A DNA stretch of 64,000 nt from Camelus ferus (Eukaryota). The notes under the pieces were generated by a model. That model made no database searches and had not been told where the DNA came from. It was given only the letters and a program-made list of their open reading frames with translations. The DNA is taken from NCBI RefSeq assembly GCF_009834535.1, contig NC_045697.1, forward strand, positions 110,114,001-110,178,000, given 5' to 3'. This document shows positions 38,330-53,179 of the stretch, piece after piece. Every line of letters begins with the position of its first letter. Position 1 is the first letter of the stretch. The translations under genes and the position numbers were made by a program.

Positions 38330-39900
38330 ACAATTAGATACAGAAGTGAAATCTTTGAATAAAGACACACAAAGATAAAATCTTAGAGCAACAACAGAAG
38401 ACTGAGAACCTATAAAGGAATAAGATTTAGACTGACAGCAGACTTCTCAATGGCAACAACAGAGGTCAGAAGTTAATGAAGTAATATTGTGAAAATTCTG
38501 GAAGAAAACCACTGTCTATCTAGAATTTTCTACCCAGAAAAGCTATTTTAAAGGATGAACATTGTATCAGTCAGAGTTTTCCAGAGAAACAAAAACCAAT
38601 AATGGAAATAGAGAGATAAGAGATAGAGGTGAGAGAGAGAGAGAGAGGGAGAAAGCAAAAGAGAGAGAAGATAGACAGGGAAAGAGGGTAGGGGGAGGGA
38701 GAGAGAAGAGAGAAATTCATTTTCAGGAACTGGCTCATGTGGGATCACAAGTCTGGAGTTTGTAGGGCTGGCAGCCCAGAAATGCCTGCAGGAGTCAATA
38801 TCACAGTCTTGCTCTGAAAGCAGTCTCTTCCTTGGGGGACACAGCCTTATCTCTTATGGCCTTCAACTGATCAGATGTGGCCCATCCACATTATGGAAAA
38901 CTATCTGCTTTACCAAAATACTACTGAGATAAATGTTAATCACATCTAAAAAACACCTTCACAGCAATGTTTAGACTGGTATTTGACCGAAAAATAGGTA
39001 CCACAGCCTAGTCACAAGCATAAAATAAGACCAAGACAGACAGATAATTTACCTCTTAAAAACCATCACTGACAGAATTACTAAAGGGAACAACTGTTTT
39101 CTGAGACTAGGTACACTGACCAACCCTCCTCCTGAAAGCAAGTGCTGTAAAAAATACAAAAATGCATCCTCTTAAATGCAATAAAAATTTGACAACAAAG
39201 CACTTCAAAAATTAAGCAGTATCAGGAACAGTGGGAATATGCAGCACCCTGAATTCAGCTTTGACCTTCAGATTATTTACCAGACCCTCGTGTCCTTGAA
39301 CTTTTCTTTTAATGACTTTGTGGAACTTAGGAGTAGAAGACAAGACCAGAGCCTTTGGAGATGGGAGCAAGTTGGAGATGGAGCGTCTCAGGGGAGTTTC
39401 TCTGATAAAATTAGATCCACAAAGGTTTCAGTGTGAGAGAGAATTAGAAATAAACCCCTGCCTCCACAGGGAACATCTGACTTGAAACCTGGTGCTACAC
39501 AGAGGGGTAAAAACTCCCTTTGAGCATTCCTAAACATAAGCCAGCCTTCACACCAGCTTGTAGCCTAATCCACAATGTAGGATGATGTGAAAATTTTTGA
39601 GCTAAGAATTTAGTTTAAATCAATATAGACCGTTACTTCCCTAGGGCACTTGGTCAAGAGAAGCAAAAACACTTTCCAGAAGAACCCACCCAGCGTTCAA
39701 AGAACTCATTCAGATAAAGATCCAAGCCTGCAGTAGGAAAATCACACAACATACGAGGAAATATGTTAACATGAGTTCTCACTCATTGGTCCTCCATGAG
39801 GACCAATGACAGGTTTGGACTCAGAAAGACTTCAGAAAATATGAATGGACAAAATGTTCTAGTTAAAAGACAGAAATTATACAACCATATGTTGTTTATA
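38330..39900 (+). mobile_element. Very old L1 ORF1/5' fragments interrupted by an MLT2 LTR
   Basis: agactgacagcagacttctcaatggcaac...tagaattttctacccagaaaagcta ORF1 signature. Confidence 0.5.
38563..39025. mobile_element. MLT2 solo LTR containing a GA-rich tract
   Basis: tgtatcagtcagagttttccagagaaac...ttaatcacatctaaaaaacaccttcacagc..gtaccacagcctag. Confidence 0.8.
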
Positions 39901-41456
39901 AGAAACATAACTGAAGCAAAAAGATATGGAGAGGATGCAACTGAAAGATGGGCGACTGGATGTCACCTCCATCCTCACGCCCCTTGACTCCTAAGGTCTC
40001 TCTGATACACGATATCCTTGTGCTCTTGGACTGACGCTCTCCTTTGGTTATGTTATAGTATCTTTTTGCCTTTCCTAACAATTCCTTGGGTTCTGACCAC
40101 AGTCCTTCCTACTGCTCAGACTTCTAAGCATTTCTCTAGTTAAGTACAAGGCCTTTGTTCTACTCTCTGAAGGATCTCAACGGGTGTCCCCAGCCCCCTG
40201 CATCAAGATCACCTTGGCTACTCATAGAAACAAACATCTTTCAGGCTCTAACCTAGATACTCTGATTTCTAGAAAGAGTATAGAAGTGGGGGAGGATGGA
40301 GGAACTGTGTTTCTAACGCTCTCTACCAGTAATTCTTATATGCTCTATTGAAAACTACTGCTATATACTATTTCCATCAAAATATTCATATGTTTTGTGA
40401 CTTCAGCTGTTACTTTACCCATGTATCTCCCCATGTCCTCTCACCTGAATTAAGTTCTGTGCCTCTTTCCAGGCTGGCACTTCCTCTGGGGGACCTGCCA
40501 ATTTGACATCAGCTGGATCACTGATCATGTAGTTAAAATTAAGGAATTACATATGACTCATCCTCTCTCTTTAATAAATCAAATTAATCACCATTCCTAT
40601 TTTATTTTCCTTTTAAAATATTCTCAGATTAGCTCTTTCCTGTCTATTTTTATTACTATCTCCTTAGTACAAATTTTATTACTTTACCCCTAGTTCATAA
40701 TGATAATTTATATATTATTATATATTTTCTGTTAATTAATATATACTTTCCCTGTCCAAATTTTCTAGTCTTTTAATTCACCTACCACACTACTCCCATT
40801 TTCCTTAAATACCACCATGACACGCTGGTGCTCAAAAACCTTATTATTCCTTGTTTCTTGTAACAGACAAGTTTAAACTTTGTCAAGCTTTTAAATTCCT
40901 TCATAAGCCCCCGTACTCAGTATACCTGTGCATCATTCTGTAGTACATCTCTCCACTTCACATACGCTCATCTCTTACTGTCATAAATATGTGTAACAAG
41001 TGTTTGGGCAAAGCACAATTCATGGGATGCAGTCTTGAACCGCCTTTTTTTCTCCTATTTTATGTTGTCCAGCCAATGATTCTTTTTCTGCCCTTCTGTG
41101 AAAATTCAGGAAGCTCCTACAACTTCCACAATCATTAGCAACCAATTGAAATTCTTTCTGTTGCTTAAAGTCACAAAACAGTCTCAATTTAATCCTTAGA
41201 ATGTACATGTCCACATAAATACCAAAACCCGAAACTTGAGTGAAAGTTCAGGTGGGGCACAGGCTGCAAGGCAGAAGTCGCTGGCTTTTTCTTTGTTTCC
41301 TCATCTTGCCCTCTTCCTCCTCCTCTTGGTTTTCTGGACCACCTAGGACTGAAGTAATGGGAAAGGAGGGGAGGAAAGGAGGAACATTCTTGCTTGACAG
41401 GCACTCATGGTCTGTGATCTTAGGCCTGGGCACTTGTTTAAAAATCACTTTCTCTC

Positions 41457-41654
41457 ATCCAAGTGCTAACCAAACCAAATTTCTTCTGTATAGCACAGGG
41501 AACCATAGTCAATATCTTGTAATACCCTTTAATGAAAAAAATATGAAAATGAATACATGTATATATATGCATAACTGGGACATCATGCCGTACATCAGAA
41601 ACTGACACATTGTAACTGACTATACTTCAATAAAAAACAAAACAAAAAAAAAAA
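41457..41654 (+). mobile_element. L1 3' end fragment with TSD
   Basis: ttctgtatagcacagggaacc...cttcaataaaaaac; TSD-like aaaatcactttctctc / aaaacgctttctctc. Confidence 0.85.
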
Positions 41655-43404
41655 CGCTTTCTCTCCTGAGTGCTTTCATGGCTTTTTGCAGGAGAAAGCT
41701 TCCCCCCTCTCATCAGAGGCTGCCTTAACAGAAGTGAACACATCCCTCTTCTGACCGTTCACTCACTCCTTCCCTGAAAAGCTGGCGATGCTCAGACCAT
41801 ACCCTCTGGCCCTTCTCCAGGCAGGACCTAAAACAGCTCCTCACCAGCTCTCTCAGTCACCGATGACCCACATTCAGGAGAAAACAGCAAGTACTCTCCC
41901 CACAAACTCCTGGAGTGCAGTTTGTCTTCACTCCAGAAACCTCTCCTTCATTCCACTGTCAACATTCCTGCTCTAGATTTTTCAGGGGAGAGACAGACTG
42001 GAGTCTGTTAGCCCCGAACTCCAGGGAACACACTCAGTTCTCTGGCTAGTAAAATACAGGTACCCACCTGGGGGAACCCACAAATCAACAGCAGCTCTCT
42101 CCAACTTATTAACCCTTATATCTCCAATTTATCAATCTTTTATACTTTTGACAAGGTCGGTAAAGTTCAGAATAATGAAACTGGTTCTCAGGTACCTCCT
42201 TTGTACATCCTGTGTAAAGTCCAGGATCCCTATGGAATGTGGAATTTACTCCATATCTTTGTATCCCAGACCAAATTTCCATTTTAATTTCTTGTTACAA
42301 ATGCTCTCCTTTTCCACGTCTTCATTTATGTTGTTCGCTTCTCCTGAATCACTATCCGTCCTTCTCCCTCTTGCTCATCCAAATCTGAGCTATCGTGCGA
42401 GGTCCAGACCAAGTTCCACGATCCATGGTCCCTTCCCCGACTATTCTGGATTTTTCCAGAGCTCTTTCCCAAAGGCATGCACGACCTGTAGTCATCACTG
42501 TCATCACTGCATGGATTTGCCCTTTGCATTTCCGTTTCATGGAAAACAAATGCAAAGTGACCCTAATGAGACATGAGACAGTGTGACTCTGTGGCTGACA
42601 AACTTGATTGTATCTGAAACGTATCTTTTAAAATGTGCTAATTTCTTGCAATAGATAAGTTTAAACTTCTTTGTTGCACTTTTAAATAACCCAAACGATG
42701 GCTGATGAGTCCAGGAAAAGTAGGAAAAAGAGAGGAAAATTCTAGACACCCACATCCAGGTCCAGATCATAGAAGAGAGGAGAGGACAGCCTCCCAGTGA
42801 GCCGCAGAGTAATGCAGAGTGCTGCGAGCCAGCAGGCCTTCATAGTTTTGACTGGCCAGAACATCCTTATGATGGAGAAGGGTCATCGGGTTATGTTAAC
42901 CTGGTACCACTAAACATTAAAACGGTACCATTCCCGTCTTCACAACTCAGTGCTCCCTCGTAAACTCTCCCAGACGGACCTGGCTTTCTCCACAGCGTCC
43001 CTGGACATGAAGCCTCAAGAATTCAGTTCCCATGATGGTTGTGGATTTTCACTATAACCTGATCGTTGGCCTTCAGTTTGACACATCGCTAGAAAGAGCT
43101 GGCTTAATCCACGTCTGAAGATAAAATAATTTAAATATGGAATACCATCTTCTGAAGAGTCACAGGAGCCAGACAGCTGGGTTTGTCTGGACAAATAACT
43201 CCATCACTGTGTGGGGCCATACTCTCAATATTTGACCTTGGGAATGTAATTAGTGAGTCTCTAGCCTTGCTCTATATGGTTGTTTTTCTGTATTTCCACA
43301 TATGTTCCCACAGATTTTTGTACTCTCGGCTGGACTGAGTGTCTATTTCTGTTTCAGTATTAAACTTTAAAACTCACTGTACTTTCATGAGATGGACTTT
43401 CAGT

Positions 43405-43770
43405 TTATTTATCATTGAGACGTAACTGACATTTACTATTGTATTAGTTTTAGATGTACAACATGATGATTTGACATATCCATTTCTTGTGAAATGATTA
43501 CCGTGATAAATTTAGTTAACATCCGTCACCACACATATTTATTACAGTATTTATACATTTTTTCCTGTGATAAGAACCTTTATGATTTACTCTCTCAGCA
43601 ACTTTCAAATACACTACGTGATATTGTTAACTATAGTCACCATGCTGTGCGTTGCAGCCCCAGGACTTGTTTATAACTTGTAACAGTTATAAATACCCTC
43701 TTCACTCATTTAACCCACCCCATCACAACCTCACCTCTGGCAACCAGCAATCTGTCCTCTGTGTCTTTGT
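43405..43770 (-). mobile_element. L1MA-type 3' end
   Basis: attgagacgtaactgacat...actctctcagcaactttcaa...tctggcaaccagcaatctgtcctctgt. Confidence 0.8.
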
Positions 43771-45834
43771 ACGTACGCAGCACAGGTCACACGCGGCCTG
43801 GAGACCATCACAGGGGTTTGGTCTTCAGCCAAAGAGCCGTGGAAAGACATTCAAAGATTTTAGGCAGGGGAGTGAAACAAACACAAATGTCTTTCTCCAT
43901 CTGAACCAGGTCCATGTATATGCATTTTACTAAGCCTCTTCTGAGCCAGAGACTATATTTTTGGCTTTCAAGGCCAACTCTGTGTAGCAAAATAACTTCT
44001 ACTAGAGACCAGGAAGAAGCTAGTACGTTCCTCTGAATGAGCACTCACCACCTAGAAGAGGGGTGTTCAGGGTTAGGTGTCTCCTATATACTCTATGTTT
44101 CAAAACCTTTTAAAAACATTCGACATAAAGAGGAGCTAGAAAACTCATTTACTTGAACCCAACATTCTTAAATAGACCCAGCTGTCTATTAAAAGCCGAG
44201 GGGCCAGAAAATGTTGCTCTATAATACATATTATTACATATAAATCTGCAGACTTACATATGTAATAAATAACAAAACACTAAATAAAATCAACAGTTCT
44301 CCTTGCCTGTATATTTACCAGCTTAAAATTTCTGATACTGGATTTTAATACTTTGGAGTGGTTATTTGGCGCTCATTTTTTTTCATGACACTTGCAAATT
44401 ATCATTAACCACCAGTTCAGGGGATCAATTATAACTTTAAAAAAATAAATGCTGAGTCATTTACAGAGCTCTCATTATTTTATGTCTTAATTATGAGGGC
44501 TTAGATTTACACATACCAATTATAACACACAATACTGTCTGTCCAGGTGCTTTATGTTGTTGCTTATTTAAATAGAGGGAACTGCTGGGTTGAAATATTT
44601 TTAATTGATAGACTAATAAGAGAATGTAAAGACCAATGTCTTTTCTTAATTAAAATCTAATATATACATAAAATCTTCTTCCTCTACTAACTAAGCAATG
44701 ATTAGTTTTAGAATCAAACCTCCTGGAAAAGATGGGATGTTCTTCACCAAGTAGTACTTTGTGGTTAGAAAATAATCCGTAGGTCTTTACTAAAATTGTG
44801 AGCCATGGGATATGTTAAAAACAAAAGCAAGCACAAAATCATGACCTTCACCAAACATGGAGTCCATACAGGTAGTTTTCTCAAAAACAGAGAAAGACCA
44901 AAACCTACAGAATTTAATGTCAGTCTCATTGGTTACTGATACTTACAGTGTCTCTCCTATATTCTGTTTGTGAGACTATAGAAATTTATACACCAAATAG
45001 AAGAATTAGGCACACAAATCTGGTAACTAAGTTATACTGAGTGTACTAGAAAGGAATAGGATGGATATTTTGAATTTGTCTATATCATACTGACAACTAA
45101 AACAGTTCTTTAAAAAAAAGTACTTACTTTGGAAGATTTCACTGAATTCTGTTTATTCAATTGAAGAGAGTAAATCAATCACCAGATAATTATTATCTCA
45201 AATAGGCTTATATAAGAAGTCACAATGAGAGATCGTTTTTCCATCTTATTTAGCTGAATCAATGGAACTTATGTTTATTATAGCTCTGTCTTTAGTTTTT
45301 GTTTGTTTTTTTAAAGCCATAATCACAGAAAGAGCTTCAAAGCGGGACTTTGAGAAGTCAAAGTGTCAGGCTTCCTACTATGTCCTTGAGCAAACCACAA
45401 AGACTCTTAGGGTCTTCAGTCTCTTGATTTGAAGGGTGGGCATAAAAACACCTGCCTTGTGTATCTCATACATTGATGTAAGGCTCAAACAGACAATAAA
45501 GAGAAGAAAAAGTCAAAAAGTAGTCTGAGACGGAGCAAGACAGGGACAGATCACAGGTCTAGGATGGGGCTCAAGTCCAACTATGCCATTTACCAACTGT
45601 GTACCTTGAGGGAAGTCACGAAATCCCGTCCTGCCTCGGTTTCTTCCTCCACTAAGTGAGGGAGCTACATTGTAAGGTCCCTTCCATCTGCAAGAGTCTG
45701 TGATCTTATACTGGAAAAACTAATGAGGAAACTCTCTTAACATGATGCTGTTTCCTATGCAAGTGACATACACTGATTAGGTGCGTGTGATTAATTTGAG
45801 TTTCTATCTTGTAAATGGAAGAAAGTCATCTCTC

Positions 45835-45865
<31 letters not shown>

Positions 45866-46409
45866 GCATGAGCAGGCTCACATCCCTTAAGAAATGAGAT
45901 GTGGTATTAATTTGTTAACTACATATCAGAATGTTCTGAATGTAGGAAGGTGGCGATCATGAAAACTTATGAGAATCATTACATGATACGAAATCTGAGC
46001 ATAAAACTACCTTTAGAAGAGAATCTGCCCTTGAAATAAAGAAAAACAGACTTTGTGCTTCATGACTTATAATCCATGTTAAATCCACACACCCTGTACA
46101 AACAAGAGACTACAGCCAAACACAGGGCCTCACGCAAAAAGAGATAAACCATGAAGATTCAACCACAGGTAGCCCTGGTGAAAGAGGTAACTGGGAAACC
46201 ATAAATGACCAACACAAATGCTTGAAACCTGTCACCTTCAAATAATCTGAAATAGAAGTAATGTTCATTGCAGTGCAAAATTACTAAGTAATAGGACAGC
46301 ACAAAAGCTAAAGAATTATTCTTTTTATGCTTCTAAAGAGAATCTCCAACAATGTAGGGAAAAAAATCCACCTACAGTTCATAAAATGGAATTAAAAATA
46401 CATGAAAAA

Positions 46410-46569
46410 TATAGCACAGGGAACTGCATTCAATATCTTGTCATAACCTTTAATGAAAAAGAATATGAAAACAAATATATGTATGTATATGCATGACTGG
46501 GACATTGTGCTGCACATAAGAAATGGACACATTGTAACTGACTATACTTCAATTAAAAAAATAGGTGAA
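46410..46569 (+). mobile_element. L1 3' end fragment with perfect 16-bp TSD
   Basis: TSD aaaaatacatgaaaaa at 46394-46409 and 46570-46585. Confidence 0.9.
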
Positions 46570-48749
46570 AAAAATACATGAAAAAGATCTATTCATAAGC
46601 ACGCTTCTTGGTGTTTCCTCCTTTTAAAACTCAAAGCAGTGTGGTCTGCCTTGTGCCCACATCAAAGGAAGCCACTAACCGAGAATAAGAGAAATGAAGT
46701 CTCCATTCAACCTCTCTCTCCTGATGCCTGAACACATTTCACAAAATGTTCTTTGAACCAACGACATGCTTAGAAAACCAGAAATAGAACAGAAAGATAA
46801 ACCCACAAGAGAAAAGCAATGAGGACACCACCACACCCCCTCCAGCTCTTTCCAAAACATTTTTCCTCCCAGATGAATACAGTGAGTCAAAGGGCTCTAT
46901 TTTTAATGCACGCATCCTGCTTGTGGCACAAACAGATCAAGGGGAAAATCTCGTCTTCAGGAAAACCTGAGCCTGTAACACAAAGTACGTACGCTCATCA
47001 AACAGCACGTCTGAGGTCAGAAGCATCAAAATGAAAGGACGAATGAACCAGTGAGAGAGCAAACGAGTGTCTCTGAAGGAGAATTTTAGAGCAGTTCAGG
47101 ATGAAATGATAATGTAGAAATCGGCTATCAATTCTCAATATCCTCCTCATATTATATAACTACGTGCAATTACATGCACACACGCATGTGTATTTAGTTA
47201 CTATACCTTCAAAAGAGCCGGCACAGCTACATTGAAGAGGGAGTTTGGGAGGGTTTTGAAGAAAAGCAGGGGTAAACCATAGCATTCCCTACCACTTGTG
47301 ATGGAGAAAGAGGATTTTAAATGAAGTTTTGCTCTGTTATTCATGACACTCTTGCAAATTTCTTAGGAGAATGTAATAAGGATTTAAATCACTTTTCAAT
47401 GATTTCTAAATGCCATTTATTCATTTCTTCCACAAATCTGTATTGACAGAGGCAACTTCTTGGGACTGTGTTTACACTGGCAGGCTCTGTAGAGACAGCC
47501 TTTTATGGTAAAAGCAAGAAAGCCCAGCCTTATATATAGGTCCACCAGAAACAGAAGACAAAAACCATATTCCAATACAGCTCCTTGTTCTGTTCTTTGA
47601 GACCATCGACAGTTAAAATGGCTTTTATGTCATGACCTGGAGGACTACCTATTATACAAAATAGAAAATGTGTCCGGAGCTGCAGTGAACCAGTGGATGA
47701 ACTTGGACTCAACTGTTCACCCTGGAGGTTACCTGTTCACGAAGCAGCTTTTCCTACAGCTGGTCATGCTGCTGCTTAATTCCCTTCTAAAGGTTAAAGT
47801 AAAGCTTGACCAGGGCTCTTGAATTTCTTCTGAGTTGTGATTAGGTGTGAACCAAATTCTAAGCCCTGTCAAGACTGAGAATGTCTTCACCCTAAATGTA
47901 CCAGCATCGAAATGGCCAACAACAATAACCCAAGGCTACTTCCATTACGAAGTTGGTCTTTGCTTTAAAAAAAACCATGCATGATCCTTCCGTAGGTAAC
48001 GACCCACTTAAAGTGCTCTGCATGACTAACAATGGCATTTGCATAAAGCCCGGTGCCAGGAGTGGAAGCCTGTGGCTGACTCAAGCCAGCGGAACAACAG
48101 AAATATCACCTAAAAAACAGAACACGTGGCCGCTCGTTCTTCACGATTGTCCCGGAGAGACTAGCGGAGGAGCGTGTTGATGTCTCTTAAAAACAATCTG
48201 CTAAATGCTTTTAGATCCTGATTACAGGCTGACCTATATATTTTTGGCAATGCTAGTGTCCCAGGGGGACTGACGACCTGACAAGTAGTTAAGGTCCTCC
48301 AGTTTAGAAGAGCTTTGAAAAAGCCAAGATAAGCAGACTAATTTCTGAAAAAAAGTATTTTCTTCTGATCTTTGAAATGTTAAAAGGGCCACGTCAGTGG
48401 ATTATTTTGAGCAAGGAAAGTTTTGCCTTATAAAAATGCCTTTGTAAACAATAGATACCCCAGCCAGTCTCACACACACCAGGCACAGTACACTTTCCAG
48501 GCAAGAAGCAATGACTCTCTACCTAATGCAGCTGGATGAGAGGGCCAACGAACTTGGTAGATGAGATTTCCTGTGTAAATTACTGTTGGTTGCGAATGAG
48601 TATGGTCATTGCAAAGGGTGTTGTAAAGATCCTATAAGACAACACACAGAAAATGCCTAGTGTAGCACGTGACATTATCATCACCATCACAACAGAAACA
48701 CACCATGCTCTAACTTATGCTCGAGATCAAGTGTTTTAAGAAGAAATAG

Positions 48750-49240
48750 AATCTTGAAGAGATATCTGCACTCCCATGTTCACTGGAGCACTATCCACAA
48801 AAGCCAAGTTTCAGAAACAACCTAACTTGCTGTCAACAGATGAGTGGATAAAAGAAAATATGGCATAGACAGGTGATGGAATATTATTTAGCCCTGAAAA
48901 AGGAAGGAACTTCTGCAATATGGGATGATATGGATGGACCTGGAGGACACTCTGTGAAGTGAAAATAGCCAGCCATAGAAGGACAACTACTACATATGTC
49001 ACTTCTATGAGGAATCTAAAATAGTCAAGTTCATAAAATTAAAGAGTGGAAAGGTGGTTGCCAGAGGCTAGTGAGGAGGGAGAAATAGGAAGTTGCTAAT
49101 CAATGATATAAAGTTTCAGCTAAGCAAGATGAATAACATTGGACCACAATAATGTATTGTATACTTAAAAATTTGTTAAAAGGCAGATCTCATATTAAGT
49201 GTTCTTACTACCATAGAATAAAATAGCTTTTCAAACAAAG
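48750..49240 (+). mobile_element. L1MA/L1MB 3' fragment
   Basis: agagatatctgcactcccatgttcactggagc...gcagatctcatattaagtgttcttactac. Confidence 0.8.
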
Positions 49241-49977
49241 AAGAAATGTAAAAGAAAAAAACTTTTTTTTGCAGCTTCATTTTTGAATATCCAGAATGTC
49301 TGCAATACCTCAATAGTATTATAATGTAATATTATATACTTGAAATCGTGTATTTTCTTGTAACCAAAAATTTCCAACCTTTTTTGTTAGCAACAAGCCA
49401 GTAGGAGGTAACTTCCTAAATATTATTTCTAAAAGACTCAGTTTGCCCACTGGATTTCTTTGGCAGATACACAATTCCCACATTAGAGATCTCAAAGGAG
49501 CTTTAGGTATCATTTTAAGAACAAGGAAACTAAGACCTAAAGAGATTAAAAGAATACCAGACCTAGTACAAGAAAGCGATCTACTTTGGATGCCGGTACA
49601 ATGCTTTGCATTAATAGGATCTACCTGTACTTTGAAATGATGCAAATCATCTTTAGATGATCATACAAACGGGAAGGCATTTGCAAAATAAACACTATTG
49701 GCCAACATTTCTCATATTTACTGCCTTTAATCTTCACAAAACTTTGCAACATACAGATTATCAGCCCTATTTTTAAGGGAAGAGACTGAAGGCAATGAAG
49801 GTCATAAGACCAGGAGGAGGCAAAGCTGGGACTCAGACCCAGTCTTCACCTAACTACAAACCCCGGCTCTTTTTGCTGCCTTCTAAAAGGTGTTCTGCAA
49901 CACCCCTGCTAAGAAACAATCATTTCAGCTCATTTTCAGCCTGTTACGCAGAAGCTGTTGATTCCAAGATCACATAC

Positions 49978-50209
49978 CTGTGGTGGAGTCAATGGCAAAA
50001 AAGGATGACAGGTCTCCGAGAACAAGTTCATAAGCCACTGTCCCGTATACCCCGGAATCCCTGTCCGTGGCGAGAATGCTGATGATCTCAGAGCCCGGCT
50101 GGGTCTGGCCGCTAATGCTCGTCACGTAGGTTGATGGGTTAAATACGGGCTCATTATCATTCACATCCTCCAGTTCCACACGAACAAAAGCTTGGGCGCC
50201 GAGTCCACC
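49978..50209 (-). CDS. DCHS2: DCHS2 coding exon (~exon 3), 232 nt, phase 0-1
   Basis: ccaacag|GGT...ACAG|gtatgt; GGLGAQAFVRVELEDVNDNEPVFNPSTY...ATDRDSG...FAIDSTT. Confidence 0.95.
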
Positions 50210-50569
50210 CTGTTGGATGAATGAGAAGTGATTACAAATGGGTCTCTCCTGAACACTGGGATGCAGGATAATTGAGAAGGACCCTAGAATAGACTTCTGA
50301 AACAACTATACATATTATATATATATATATATTCATTTTATTTTCAACCTTGAGCAATGAGTTCATGTGTAATAGCGTGGTATCTATATTCCAATGCCTA
50401 ATTCTTAAATAGGAATGAGATTAACACTTAAAGCTCCTAGGAGGCCACCATTTCACAGTAGAGGCCAAAGATATTCAAGGAAAGTTTTTCCTGATGTCCA
50501 AAGAGAAAAAAAAATTCACTTTTACCCCCGAGTAATCTTTAACTGCTCAGGAGAAGGGGTAAGGGAGTC

Positions 50570-50990
50570 TTGGATGGGGTGTAATTTTAGAAAAGATGAG
50601 GAAAGCATCACTAAGCAGTCCTTTGAGTAAAGACTGACCCATATGAGGGAGCTAGACTTCAGTTATTTGGAGGAAAAGCCTAACAGAGGGAAGAGCATGT
50701 GCAAAGGCCCTGAGACAGGAGTGCACTGCATCCCAGGCCGGTTCAGGGAACAGCAAGGAAACCAGTGGGGCAAAGGAAGGGGCAGGTCACAGAGGGCTCT
50801 GTGGGCCTCTGAGAGGACCATGGCTCTCACTTGCTTGAGGGTATTGAGCAGAGGAGTAGCTTGATTTAACTTCGGTTTTAACTGTCTCTCTGGCTGCATT
50901 GCTCAGAACAACGCTGAAGGGCAGCAAGCTTGGAAGGAGGGAGACCAGCCAGGAGGCCCGAAGAATCATCAGACTGGCAGCAGACCAAAG
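50570..50990 (-). mobile_element. L2 fossil
   Basis: gcatgtgcaaaggccctgagacagga...gggagaccagccaggaggc typical L2 body. Confidence 0.65.
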
Positions 50991-51684
50991 CAGTGAGGGT
51001 CCTCGTCCTACAAACTGGAGGCCAGACTTGTTTGGGGATTTTGAATTTTTTCAAGTTTTAGCAAAGAAATACAGTGCATAAAACAGTGAGAAGTGGAACC
51101 CATACTGGTTTTGTGTGTGTGTTTCCTCCATCTAAAAACAAAGGGCAGGAGAGAGAGAACAATAGAAGAAAATAATCCTCTGCACTTTTTACTTTTCTAA
51201 AGGAAAACAGATGTTCCTACTTGAAAGCCCCAGTTTCCATTTCTGTCTGGTACACTTGGATGCTTTCATCTTGGACCAGAATCCTTGGTAAGTCACAACA
51301 GCCTGGGTTTTCTTACTCACTTAACCTCTTTCTTCCCTCCCTCCCTCCCTCCCTCTCTCTTTCTTTTTCCTACAGTGGCAGGGAGGCCCTGAGCAAAGAG
51401 GAAAAACAAAGGCGGTGAAGAAGAAGGTTTGGCACAGGACAGAGGGAGGCCCCCTGCTGTGCGGGTCTGGAGGGCAAGAGAGAGTGTATTGTCTGGGATG
51501 TAACTGACCACGAATCCGGAAAAGGCTCTCACGCTCTGAAGTCCCACATACCCCAGACACTGGGGACTGAAAAAGAATCAGGAAAGAATAAAAACAGTGT
51601 GATTTTTCAATGTTTTAAGTTGGATAGAGTGCCAGGGCTATGCCAGTTATAAATTAAACCAGGAGAAATAAAAACAACAGAAGT

Positions 51685-51847
51685 AGGGGAGGGTATAGCT
51701 CAGTGGTAGGGCACATGCTTAGCACGCATGAGGTCCTGGGTTCAATCCACCGTACCTCCATTAAAATAAATAAGTAAATAAACCTAATTACCTTCCCCTC
51801 CAAAATATAATAAAGTAAAAAATAATAATAAATAAATTAGAAAAAAA
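51685..51847 (+). mobile_element. Vic-type SINE with TSD
   Basis: ggggagggtatagctcagtggtag...gggttcaatcc; TSD aaaacaacagaagt. Confidence 0.92.
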
Positions 51848-52222
51848 AAAACAACAGAAGTTCCATCTAGCCTGTATGTCAAAAAGGCAGATTGGCGCTA
51901 TGTCTTCAGCAAACCTGAGTAACCCACGGGTCCCAGGTGAAGTGGAGTGAGGGGACTGCAAGCTGGCTTCTAGCAGATAGCATATACTGCAAACCATCCG
52001 ACATGGCCCCGTTGTTTCTCCAAACCATCTTCCTTTTCAGTTTTGCTTTCCTTTTATTTATCTTTCCTTTCCTCATCCTTTTAAATTTCTCCTCAAGTTC
52101 AAGAAGTCACTTAGGTTTGAGGAGGAGCTGAGAAGGTAAGTAAGAGAAGCAATGAGAAAGTGGGCAACATGTGAAGAAAGGAGGTCACTCCACCTCAAGA
52201 TCTTCAAGAACAAAGGTGTTAA

Positions 52223-52361
52223 AGGAGGGGGGTGGGTATAGCTCAGTGGTAGAGCCTGTGCTTAACCTGCACAAGGTCCTGGGTTCAATCCCCAGTCCCT
52301 TCATTAAAAATAAATAAATAAAAACCTAATTATCTTACCCCAAGAATAAAAATAAAACAAA
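52223..52361 (+). mobile_element. Vic-type SINE with TSD
   Basis: gggtatagctcagtggtagag...gggttcaatccccag; TSD aagaacaaag(g/a)tgttaa. Confidence 0.92.
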
Positions 52362-53179
52362 AAGAACAAAGATGTTAATTCTCAGGCTGTCCATGAGGTC
52401 CCCGATCAGGCAATGCCACCGACGCTAGGCAAAACGTTAGACAGACAAAGTGAAAAGCTTACTGTCACCAAATAGTGACTCTTTTTGCTAGAATAGTATT
52501 ATTGATAGATCCCTGTCTGCTTTTTTTTTTTAATGAATTCAATTTTTATCTGTTCCATTGATCAGTAGAGGGTACTTTCCCTTTATAATAACCATTGGTG
52601 AATGAATGTTAAGTGTGCGTCACATATATTTTTCTTCTTCAGTTGCTATAATCTCCCTTTTCAAAGGCTTGTTATGAGTTCTCCCATTTTTACAAGAAGA
52701 AAACCAAAGTGCAGAGAAGCTAAGTGACTCATCGAAGGTAAGTGAGACTATAAATAAAAGATCTGCAACTGGAACAGAGAGTCATCTGTCCCCCGAGCTG
52801 GTGACGTCTCTTAAATTAGCCTTTATTAAGTATGGCTATGATATAAATTCTACTTTTCATGAAACGCTTGTTTAAAGACTATGCTAGGGGCAGCGCCAAC
52901 CACGGACTCAGCCTTAGAGGGAAAAAGGAAGACAGAGTCCTTGTTTACAAAGGACTTAACATTTATGAAACAGACGCTTTACAACTGGGTTTGTGGCGCA
53001 GTGGGACAATCCGGAGCCAAAAGATCTGGATCTAATATCTGGCCCTGCCTGCCTCTGGACCACAGGCTCGAGAAAGTCAGACAGTCCCTGAGTCTTCCGT
53101 AAAGCAGGGCCCCTGCTCATCTTGCAGGCCTGTTGTTGGAAGCAGTGATAGAATATGTATGATTTATTTACAATTCACA